From Gammaproteobacteria bacterium (GTDB lineage Bacteria > Pseudomonadota > Gammaproteobacteria > SZUA-229), in contig JAGXGK010000025.1 in NCBI GenBank assembly GCA_024636785.1, forward strand, positions 83,476 through 147,475: DNA of 64,000 nucleotides, in the 5' to 3' direction. The notes under the pieces are model-generated. The model had not been told where the DNA came from, did no database searches, and saw nothing but the letters and a program-made list of their open reading frames with translations. Shown in pieces: positions 57,431-64,000 of the stretch (position 1 is its first letter; the number at the start of each line of letters is the position of its first letter). A program made the translations under genes and the position numbers.

Positions 57431-58681
57431 ATGAATAATTACCCTGACGTCGAAATAAAACTCGCTACCGCCAGAACGCGTTTGATTCTGGATAAGCCCT
57501 TTCTGGGCGCGCTGGTGTTGCGTCTGCCGATGGTGCCTGCCGATTCGTCCTGGTGTGAAACTACATTCAGTGACGGCAAAACATTTTTTTACAATAACGA
57601 TTACATTGATGCACTCGATGCGGAGCAAACTCAGTTTGCTTTGTCACACGAAGCCTTGCATTGTGCCTTGTCGCATTTTCATCGTAAGGGCCATCGCGTG
57701 AAGCACCGCTGGGAGTTGGCGTGTGATTATGCGGTTAACCCCATGCTGATCAATGATGGTCTGAAACCCACGCCGGATGCCATGCATCTGCGCGAATATG
57801 AAGGCATGACCGCTGAGGAAATTTACCCCTGTCTGGAAGATAACGACAACGGTGGTGAGCGTGATCTTGAGCAGAACCGCGATGACAGTTCTGAAGATGG
57901 TGACAATGAAACCCCGGAAAATGATGATGGCGGTGGTGACAACGAACGCAAGAAAAACGACAAGCAGGACGGCAAGGGCAATAAAAATGATTCATCAGCG
58001 GAAGGCGGGCAAACCGGCTCCAATCCGCCGCCGGAAATGTCACCGCAGGAGCTGGACGATTTAAGCGTGCAGTGGCAGCAACGCATGGCGGGAGCGGCGC
58101 AGCAGGCGCTACAGTCCGGCAAGCTGGAAGGGGATATGGCGCGTCTGGTTGATCATCTGCTGCAACCTAAATTGCCCTGGCGTATGCTGCTGGCGCGTTA
58201 CATGTCGGCCACCGCCAGAGACGATTACAGTTATGCGCGGCCGTCGAGTCGTCGCGGTGACCCGGCGGTCTATCCCAGCCTGCGCAGCAGCGAAACCAAT
58301 ATCCTGGTTGCCATCGACACCAGTGGTTCGATTTCAGCCGAAGAGATACAGGAATTTATTTCAGAAGTTAATGCCATCAAAAGTCAGGTGCGCGCCAGCA
58401 TCACCCTGCTCACCTGTGATTCCGATTTGAACTATGGCTGCCCGTGGAGATTTGAACCCTGGGATGAATTTAAATTCGATGTAGAAATGCGCGGCGGTGG
58501 CGGCACCAATTTCAAGCCGGTCTTTGCCTGGGCGGAAGCGCAGGACAGAGCACCCGATATGCTGATTTATTTCACCGACGCCGACGGCGTGTTCCCCGAT
58601 GTAGAACCGGCTTTCCCTGTCACCTGGCTGGTCAAAGGCAAGGTTAAAGTACCATTCGGACAGCGGATACAGTTGAACTAA
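57431..58681 (+). CDS. putative metallopeptidase-VWA protein (DUF2201-like partner of the AAA+ ATPase)
   Basis: The N-terminal domain has HEALH (HExxH). An acidic low-complexity linker follows, then a C-terminal VWA domain with MIDAS VAIDTSGS. Confidence 0.85.
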   Translation: MNNYPDVEIKLATARTRLILDKPFLGALVLRLPMVPADSSWCETTFSDGKTFFYNNDYIDALDAEQTQFALSHEALHCALSHFHRKGHRVKHRWELACDYAVNPMLINDGLKPTPDAMHLREYEGMTAEEIYPCLEDNDNGGERDLEQNRDDSSEDGDNETPENDDGGGDNERKKNDKQDGKGNKNDSSAEGGQTGSNPPPEMSPQELDDLSVQWQQRMAGAAQQALQSGKLEGDMARLVDHLLQPKLPWRMLLARYMSATARDDYSYARPSSRRGDPAVYPSLRSSETNILVAIDTSGSISAEEIQEFISEVNAIKSQVRASITLLTCDSDLNYGCPWRFEPWDEFKFDVEMRGGGGTNFKPVFAWAEAQDRAPDMLIYFTDADGVFPDVEPAFPVTWLVKGKVKVPFGQRIQLN

Positions 58682-58693
58682 AAACTTAAAACT

Positions 58694-58792
58694 TTCACCG
58701 CAGAGAGCGCAGAGAAGATCCAAGGTAAAAATTATGTATGAATATAAAACAAAAGAAGTTTTTCTCTGCGACCTCTGCGCCTCTGCGGTGAA
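58694..58792. repeat. inverted pair of CACCGCAGAG-type units without cargo
   Basis: Forward TTCACCGCAGAGAGCGCAGAGAAG (58694-58717) and reverse TTCTCTGCGACCTCTGCGCCTCTGCGGTGAA (58762-58792). Confidence 0.75.
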
Positions 58793-58802
58793 CGAGGTTT
58801 AA

Positions 58803-59921
58803 ATGGAGCTCTCAGCCGAAGACAATCTACGCCTCAATGTTCTGCTTGCGCAAAAGTTGCAGGCGGTGCGTATTGATGAATCGAAAATGATTGTGTATGC
58901 GCTCACCGACAAAGGCGAGGCGAAGGTGGTGCTGAATCCGAACTGCAAGGATGAAAAATATCTGAAAGAGATCAAGGCACTGTTCTCCACGCATGTCATG
59001 GGTTCACCCGGTGGTTATCCGGTGTTTTTGAAACGCTGGACGCGGATGGGGCAGGCTCGGGACGAGAGTTTGCAGCAACTGCTGTTGCTGGGTGAAGAGG
59101 AGGCGGTAGTGGCAGCTGTTTATGCGCAGGGTTTGACCGATGAGCTGGCGGCGCGCGCCTGGTGGATTATGCCGACAGCGGATAATGCACGGCGCATGCT
59201 GGAGAAGCAGGCCGTGGTGCAGGGTAGAACCGGGCCGGTGCTGGCTGATTTTTTAATCGAATTCCTGCCCTTTGAAGAAGACCCGTTTATTATGATCGAG
59301 TCGGTGCGTCTGATCCTGCAGCCGGGTTTGATCAGCGAAGAAGAAAAACAGAAGTTGTGGGCGAAGGCAAAAACCAAACGCAATCTTTACGTCGGTTTCA
59401 TGCACGCACTGCCGGATGACCTTCCTGCCGATGTGGCCGCGAATACAGCTTACGATGCAGTTGCCGATCGACTGCAAACCCAGATTGATAATCACAATCC
59501 CTACGCCTTGATGCTGCGCCGGATTCTGAGTGACCGCGGCCAGGCTTTTGTGCAGACCGCTGAAGTCGCCCTGAAAAAACCCGGTGATCAGCAGGTGGTG
59601 GAGTCCCTGTTTAACGCCATCGCCATCTACTTTCATACAATACGACCCGAAGCTTTTACTCCGTATGATATTGCAGCGATATGCAGCGAAACCGGCTGTC
59701 TCTGTGAAACACTCGATGCTGAAGCGCTGCAAGCCGTGCTGGATGCGGTTCCCGAGATGAAAGACAAAATTCAGGCGATGCTGATACTGTCATGCCTGAG
59801 CGTATGCCTGCTCAACCCGGTTTTCTCACAGACCGACGCCATCGGCACCATGATGCGCAAGAAAATTCAACATATCACTGACCCGATTGTGGAACAGTTG
59901 CGTGTGTTGAGAAGTGAGTAA
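58803..59921 (+). CDS. hypothetical soluble 372-aa protein (possible DsrS-like, unverified)
   Basis: GAGG RBS. No TM segment and no motif recognised. See findings for the DsrS hypothesis. Confidence 0.55.
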   Translation: MELSAEDNLRLNVLLAQKLQAVRIDESKMIVYALTDKGEAKVVLNPNCKDEKYLKEIKALFSTHVMGSPGGYPVFLKRWTRMGQARDESLQQLLLLGEEEAVVAAVYAQGLTDELAARAWWIMPTADNARRMLEKQAVVQGRTGPVLADFLIEFLPFEEDPFIMIESVRLILQPGLISEEEKQKLWAKAKTKRNLYVGFMHALPDDLPADVAANTAYDAVADRLQTQIDNHNPYALMLRRILSDRGQAFVQTAEVALKKPGDQQVVESLFNAIAIYFHTIRPEAFTPYDIAAICSETGCLCETLDAEALQAVLDAVPEMKDKIQAMLILSCLSVCLLNPVFSQTDAIGTMMRKKIQHITDPIVEQLRVLRSE

Positions 59922-59936
59922 AACTTTTTAAAAGCG

Positions 59937-60040
59937 TTCACCGCAGAGGCGCAGAGGGCGCAGAGGGCGCAGAGAAAAACTTTTTTTCTTTAACCAAATT
60001 TTTTTGACCTTCTCTGCGCTCTCTGCGCCTCTGCGGTGAA
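59937..60040. repeat. inverted pair of CACCGCAGAG-type units without cargo
   Basis: Forward TTCACCGCAGAGGCGCAGAGGGCGCAGAGGGCGCAGAGAAAAAC and reverse CCTTCTCTGCGCTCTCTGCGCCTCTGCGGTGAA. The pair fills a convergent intergenic gap. Confidence 0.75.
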
Positions 60041-60045
60041 AGCAG

Positions 60046-60399
60046 TTATCTTTGTTTTTTTAACATTTCCTTATATGCTGCTTCATCGAAACCAGCCAAT
60101 ATAGTTTCACCGGCTTCCAGCACGGGGCGTTTTATGATGCTGGGGTTTTCCAGCATCACCTTAATCGCTGAGGCTTTGTCGATGTTGTTTTTGATGCTGT
60201 CATCCAGCTTGCGCCAGGTGGTGCCGCGTCGGTTTAGCAGAATGTCCCAACCGAGTTTTTTGACCCACTGATGGAGTTCTTTTTCCGGTACGCCGGATTT
60301 TTTGTAGTCGTGAAATTCATAATCGACGCCATTGGCTTCAAGCCACTTACGGGCTTTTTTCATGGTGTCGCAGTTGGGGATACCGTATATTTTTAACAT
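60046..60399 (-). CDS. ArsC/Spx-family protein (YffB-like)
   Basis: MLKIYGIPNCDTMKKARKWLE..., 117 aa. Confidence 0.85.
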   Translation of the reverse strand: MLKIYGIPNCDTMKKARKWLEANGVDYEFHDYKKSGVPEKELHQWVKKLGWDILLNRRGTTWRKLDDSIKNNIDKASAIKVMLENPSIIKRPVLEAGETILAGFDEAAYKEMLKKQR

Positions 60400-60417
60400 T
60401 TTAAAACCTTTAGTGCT

Positions 60418-60494
60418 TTCACCGCAGAGGCGCAGAGAACGCAGAGAAAACCTTTATTGTTTTATCTATGCGCCTTCTGTGTCTCCGCAGTGAA
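60418..60494. repeat. inverted pair of CACCGCAGAG-type units (right unit degenerate)
   Basis: TTCACCGCAGAGGCGCAGAGAACGCAGAGAAAA ... TGCGCCTTCTGTGTCTCCGCAGTGAA. Confidence 0.65.
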
Positions 60495-60522
60495 TGATTT
60501 TATCTTTTTATTAATCGATAAA

Positions 60523-60681
60523 CTGTCATCCCGAACGCAGAGAGGAATCTTCAACTGTTTGATGTACGGATGAACTCATGTACAAGATTTACTGCGGGCA
60601 TCCTTGCCCTGCACCCTTCGGGCCAGCTTCGCTGTTCAAATCGCTCCATGCGATTTAGTCTCCCTATGGTCGAAATGACAG
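60523..60681. mobile_element. 159-bp MITE-like element with imperfect CTGTCAT(Y)(Y)CGA termini
   Basis: The left end is CTGTCATCCCGAACGCAGAGAGGAATC. The right end is ...GTCTCCCTATGGTCGAAATGACAG, whose reverse complement is CTGTCATTTCGACCATAGGGAGAC. Confidence 0.5.
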
Positions 60682-60688
60682 GAGTATT

Positions 60689-60754
60689 TTCACCGCAGAG
60701 ACGCGGAGAAAACAAAATATTTATTGTTTTTACCTCTGCGCTCTCTGCGGTGAA
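60689..60754. repeat. inverted pair of CACCGCAGAG-type units
   Basis: TTCACCGCAGAGACGCGGAGAAAAC ... TACCTCTGCGCTCTCTGCGGTGAA. Confidence 0.7.
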
Positions 60755-60772
60755 CAATTTTTTATCTTTTAA

Positions 60773-61597
60773 TCAATCAATATCTCTAAGCAGTTCGTTC
60801 AGGCCGACTTTGCCGCGGGTTTTTGCGTCGACCTGTTTTACGATGACGGCGCAGTACAGGCTGTAGCTGCCGTCTTTGGAGGGCAGGTTACCGGAGACGA
60901 CGACTGAGCCGGCAGGGATGCGGCCATAGGTGACTTCACCGGTCATGCGGTTGAAGATTTTGGTGCTCTGGCCGATGTAGACGCCCATGGAGATGACTGA
61001 GCCTTCTTCGACGATGACGCCTTCGACCACTTCGGAGCGCGCGCCGATGAAGCAGTTGTCTTCGATGATGGTGGGCGCGGCCTGCAAAGGTTCGAGTACG
61101 CCGCCGATGCCGACTCCGCCGGAGAGGTGTACGTTTTTACCGATCTGCGCGCATGAGCCGACGGTGGCCCAGGTGTCGACCATGGTGCCGGTGTCGACGT
61201 AGGCGCCGATGTTGACGTAAGAGGGCATCAGCACCACGCTGGGCGCGATGTAGGAGCCGATGCGAGCGGTGGCCGGGGGCACGACGCGCACGCCGGATTC
61301 ACGAAAATCGCGGATGTTGTGATTAGCGAATTTGGAATCCACTTTGTCGTAGTAGTTGGTGAAGCCGCCCTTGATGAATTCGTTATCGTTGATGCGGAAG
61401 GAAAGCAGCACAGCTTTTTTCAGCCATTCATTCACCACCCAGTCACCGTCTTTCTTTTCGGCAACGCGCGCCTTGCCGGAGTCGAGCAGGGCGATGCATT
61501 CGTTGACCGCGTCGGTGACATGGGTTTCGGCATTGCGCGGGGTGATTTCGGCTCTGCGTTCAAAAGCTTCTTCAATAATGTTTTTCAATTCGTTCAT
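60773..61597 (-). CDS. dapD: 2,3,4,5-tetrahydropyridine-2,6-dicarboxylate N-succinyltransferase
   Basis: 274 aa, hexapeptide-repeat region, DapD-like along its full length. Confidence 0.92.
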   Translation of the reverse strand: MNELKNIIEEAFERRAEITPRNAETHVTDAVNECIALLDSGKARVAEKKDGDWVVNEWLKKAVLLSFRINDNEFIKGGFTNYYDKVDSKFANHNIRDFRESGVRVVPPATARIGSYIAPSVVLMPSYVNIGAYVDTGTMVDTWATVGSCAQIGKNVHLSGGVGIGGVLEPLQAAPTIIEDNCFIGARSEVVEGVIVEEGSVISMGVYIGQSTKIFNRMTGEVTYGRIPAGSVVVSGNLPSKDGSYSLYCAVIVKQVDAKTRGKVGLNELLRDID

Positions 61598-61612
61598 CGG
61601 GTTCTCCAGAAA

Positions 61613-62806
61613 TTATAGTGTTTCGATAAATTGTTTAATCCGGTTGGCGGCATCAATGCACTCGTCGAACGGCGCGACCAGTGCCATGCGGATGTGCTGA
61701 CTGCCGGGATTTTGAGCATCGACCGTGCGAGATAAATAACTGCCGGGCAATACGGTGACATTCTTCTGATCAAACAGTCGCCGGGCAAAATCAGCATCGT
61801 CCATGTCGATGTACAGCCAGAGGTAAAAACCGGCCTCGGGTTTTTGCACGGCGCAAACCGGGCTGAGTATGGCCAGCACGGCGTCAAATTTCTGCTGATA
61901 AAGCCGGCGGTTTTCCACCACGTGCGCTTCATCATTCCACGCGGCGATGCTGGCCATTTGCGTCATCGGCGGCATGGCGCAGCCGTGATAGGTGCGATAG
62001 AGCAGAAAAGCTTTCATCACTTCGGCATCGCCGGCGACAAAACCCGAGCGCATGCCGGGCAGGTTGGAGCGCTTCGATAAACTATGAAACACTACGCAGT
62101 TTTTGAAATCACCGTGGCCGCTGTTTACCGCCGCCTGCAACAGGCCCGGTGGTCTGGAGCCATCAAAATAAATTTCGGAATAACATTCGTCAGAGGCGAT
62201 GATGAAATCGTGTTTTTTTGCTTTTTCGATCAGCTTGACCAGCTCGGCTTCGGTAATGATCGCGCCGGTCGGATTACCCGGCGTGCAGACATAAATCAGC
62301 TGGCAGCGCTGCCAGATCTCTTCAGGAATGGCATCAAAATCGGGTTGATAGCTGTGCTCGCGGGTGGTGCCGTAAAAATAGGGCGTGGCACCCGCCAGCA
62401 GGGCAGCGCCTTCGTAAATCTGGTAGAACGGGTTGGGCATCAGCACCAGCGCCTCATCACCTCGGGCAACCACGGTCTGGGCGAAAGCGAACAACGCCTC
62501 GCGAGTGCCGTTCACCGGCAGGATGTGCTGCTCGGCATCAATCGCACCCGCAGGCAGGTCAAAACGCTGATGCAGCCAGCGGGCAATCGCCTGTCGTAAT
62601 TCGGGCATGCCTTTGGTGAGCGGATAGTTGTTGCTCAGGGCCAGGCATTCGCGTAGGGGCTTCAAGGCAACTTCAGGCGAAGGGTGTTTGGGTTCGCCGA
62701 TGGAGAGTGCTATGTGGGATAAATCCTGAGGGGGGTTGCAACCGGCCTTCAACGCGGCCAGCTTCTCGAAGGGGTAGGGCTGTAGCTTGGAAAGGTCAGG
62801 ATTCAT
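61613..62806 (-). CDS. dapC: succinyldiaminopimelate aminotransferase (class I aminotransferase)
   Basis: Started at MNPDLSKLQPYPFEKL (397 aa); the ORF track starts 59 codons earlier. Contains SLSKRSN (PLP-binding Lys) and lies adjacent to dapD. Confidence 0.82.
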   Translation of the reverse strand: MNPDLSKLQPYPFEKLAALKAGCNPPQDLSHIALSIGEPKHPSPEVALKPLRECLALSNNYPLTKGMPELRQAIARWLHQRFDLPAGAIDAEQHILPVNGTREALFAFAQTVVARGDEALVLMPNPFYQIYEGAALLAGATPYFYGTTREHSYQPDFDAIPEEIWQRCQLIYVCTPGNPTGAIITEAELVKLIEKAKKHDFIIASDECYSEIYFDGSRPPGLLQAAVNSGHGDFKNCVVFHSLSKRSNLPGMRSGFVAGDAEVMKAFLLYRTYHGCAMPPMTQMASIAAWNDEAHVVENRRLYQQKFDAVLAILSPVCAVQKPEAGFYLWLYIDMDDADFARRLFDQKNVTVLPGSYLSRTVDAQNPGSQHIRMALVAPFDECIDAANRIKQFIETL

Positions 62807-62933
62807 AGAGGCGTGTTTATTGTAATTATGATGCGATGACGTTGTAATTAGGTGGCTATAACCGAGTAAAATCTGTGCTTCGAGCGGCGCATAGTATAAC
62901 CTAAAGCGCATCATCAAGCAGGAGAACCGCGTC

Positions 62934-63317
62934 TTGAGCGAAAATCTGATCACCGCCATCCACCACGCTAGCTTCATCGTCAAGAATACCGAACGCGCGC
63001 TGACATTTTATTGCGGTCTGTTGGGGCTGGAGCAGGATCACAACCGCCCCGATCTGGATTATCTCGGCGCGTGGTTGCAGGTCGGCGATGGCCAGATTCA
63101 TCTGCTCGAGCTGCCCAATCCCGATCCTGTCGACAATCGACCCGCGCATGGCGGACGTGATCGCCATCTGGCCATGACCGTCACCAATCTGGCTCAAATC
63201 CAGAGCCTGCTCGAACAGGCCGGTATCGATTTCACCCTGAGCAAATCGGGCCGACGTGCGCTGTTCTGCCGCGATTATGACGGCAATGGCATTGAGCTGA
63301 TTGAAAGTGTGGCCTGA
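62934..63317 (+). CDS. VOC/glyoxalase-family protein
   Basis: 127 aa. IHHASFIVKNTERALTFYCGLLGL. TTG start as given in the track. Confidence 0.78.
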   Translation: MSENLITAIHHASFIVKNTERALTFYCGLLGLEQDHNRPDLDYLGAWLQVGDGQIHLLELPNPDPVDNRPAHGGRDRHLAMTVTNLAQIQSLLEQAGIDFTLSKSGRRALFCRDYDGNGIELIESVA

Positions 63318-63417
63318 GTGTGGAGCGCTGAAGTTAAAAAATGTGTTTACACAAATGTACTTGCCAACATGCGACTGCCCCTATGCGATTTTATGCTCCT
63401 TCCTCTGAGATAATTTT

Positions 63418-64000
63418 ATGAGCTTTGCTTCTCTGGGCCTGTCCGCCCCCATTGTCGAAGTTGTCGCCGCGCAGGGCTACAAAACGCCCACGCCCGTGCA
63501 GATTCAGGCCATCCCGGCCATCATCAAGGGCCGCGATGTGATGGCGGCGGCACAGACCGGCACCGGCAAAACCGCGGGCTTCACCCTGCCCATATTGGAG
63601 ACGCTGTGCAAAGGCCGGAGTGCTCAGGCCAATCAGGTGCGCGTGCTTATCCTGACGCCAACCCGTGAGCTGGCCGCGCAGGTCGGTGACAGTGTCGCCA
63701 CCTACGGCAAAAACCTGCCGCTGTGTTCCGCCGTGGTTTATGGTGGGGTGAAAATAAATCCGCAGATGATGAAATTGCGCCGCGGCGTTGATGTGCTGGT
63801 GGCGACGCCGGGGCGTCTGCTGGATCTGCACAGCCAGAACGCGGTGAAGTTTGACCAGATGGAAGTGCTGGTGCTGGACGAAGCCGACCGCATGCTGGAC
63901 ATGGGGTTTAGCGACGAGCTCAAAAAAATTCTGGCGCTGCTGCCGCGCCAGCGTCAGAACCTGATGTTCTCCGCCACCTTTTCCGACGAGATTCGAAAGC
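63418..64000 (+). CDS. rhlE: DEAD-box ATP-dependent RNA helicase (RhlE-like), N-terminal part; runs off the right edge
   Basis: Own translation: [60 protein letters not shown]. This shows the Q motif, motif I and DEAD. It is absent from the ORF track because there is no stop inside the window. Confidence 0.9.
   Translation, partial: MSFASLGLSAPIVEVVAAQGYKTPTPVQIQAIPAIIKGRDVMAAAQTGTGKTAGFTLPILETLCKGRSAQANQVRVLILTPTRELAAQVGDSVATYGKNLPLCSAVVYGGVKINPQMMKLRRGVDVLVATPGRLLDLHSQNAVKFDQMEVLVLDEADRMLDMGFSDELKKILALLPRQRQNLMFSATFSDEIRK

Noticed and set aside
56731-60754. Possible CRISPR array, because a roughly 33-nt unit recurs many times
   Set aside because: The units occur in both orientations as inverted pairs. 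The spacing is irregular, from 40 bp to more than 1 kb. The supposed spacers are whole genes. The unit length varies through heptad copy number. This is not a repeat-spacer architecture.
60551-60866. Track ORFs 60551..60757(-) and 60570..60866(+)
   Set aside because: Both lie in the repeat mosaic, and the second runs antisense into dapD. They are artefacts of repeat DNA.

Overview
Gene-dense 64-kb window with about 60 protein genes. I found no rRNA, tRNA, CRISPR array, transposase or integrase. It reads like the core sulfur-oxidation and energy region of a gammaproteobacterial-type chemolithoautotrophic sulfur oxidizer; the taxonomic call is inference from gene content only. (1) 1-15.9 kb is a signalling island: an HTH-REC regulator, two hybrid histidine kinases of 1299 and 1365 aa, a REC-EAL protein, a PAS kinase and a membrane GGDEF protein. 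(2) 16-45.3 kb is an almost uninterrupted minus-strand block. It holds aprBA, sat, msrA, a DksA/TraR-like gene, the H+-PPase gene hppA, adk, a PPi-type phosphofructokinase, slyD-like, a rhodanese, a cytoplasmic GAF-kinase/NarL pair, and a complete oxidative-type dsrABEFHCMKLJOPNR operon. (3) 45.8-64 kb holds a TauD-like / 63-aa / Cas6(Cmx6)-like RAMP operon divergent from dsrA, a variant dsrC paralogue, a PiuC-like hydroxylase, modABC, several unknowns and a Sel1 protein. It also holds a MoxR-type AAA+ and HExxH-VWA gene pair split by a GxxExxY nuclease cassette, a 372-aa unknown, an arsC-family gene, dapD-dapC, a VOC protein and the start of rhlE. The intergenic DNA carries several short repeat families: a 164-bp palindromic MITE-like element, CACCGCAGAG-type units in inverted pairs, hairpin repeats, and a 159-bp element with CTGTCAT termini. 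The candidates I consider most worth follow-up are: the orphan Cas6-like RAMP operon next to dsr; the repeat-flanked GxxExxY cassette and its cargo-less relatives; the two-component system plus rhodanese appended to the dsr operon; and the DUF971-MoaD-like fusion beside aprBA. All family assignments come from motif reading and memory of protein families. No database search was run.
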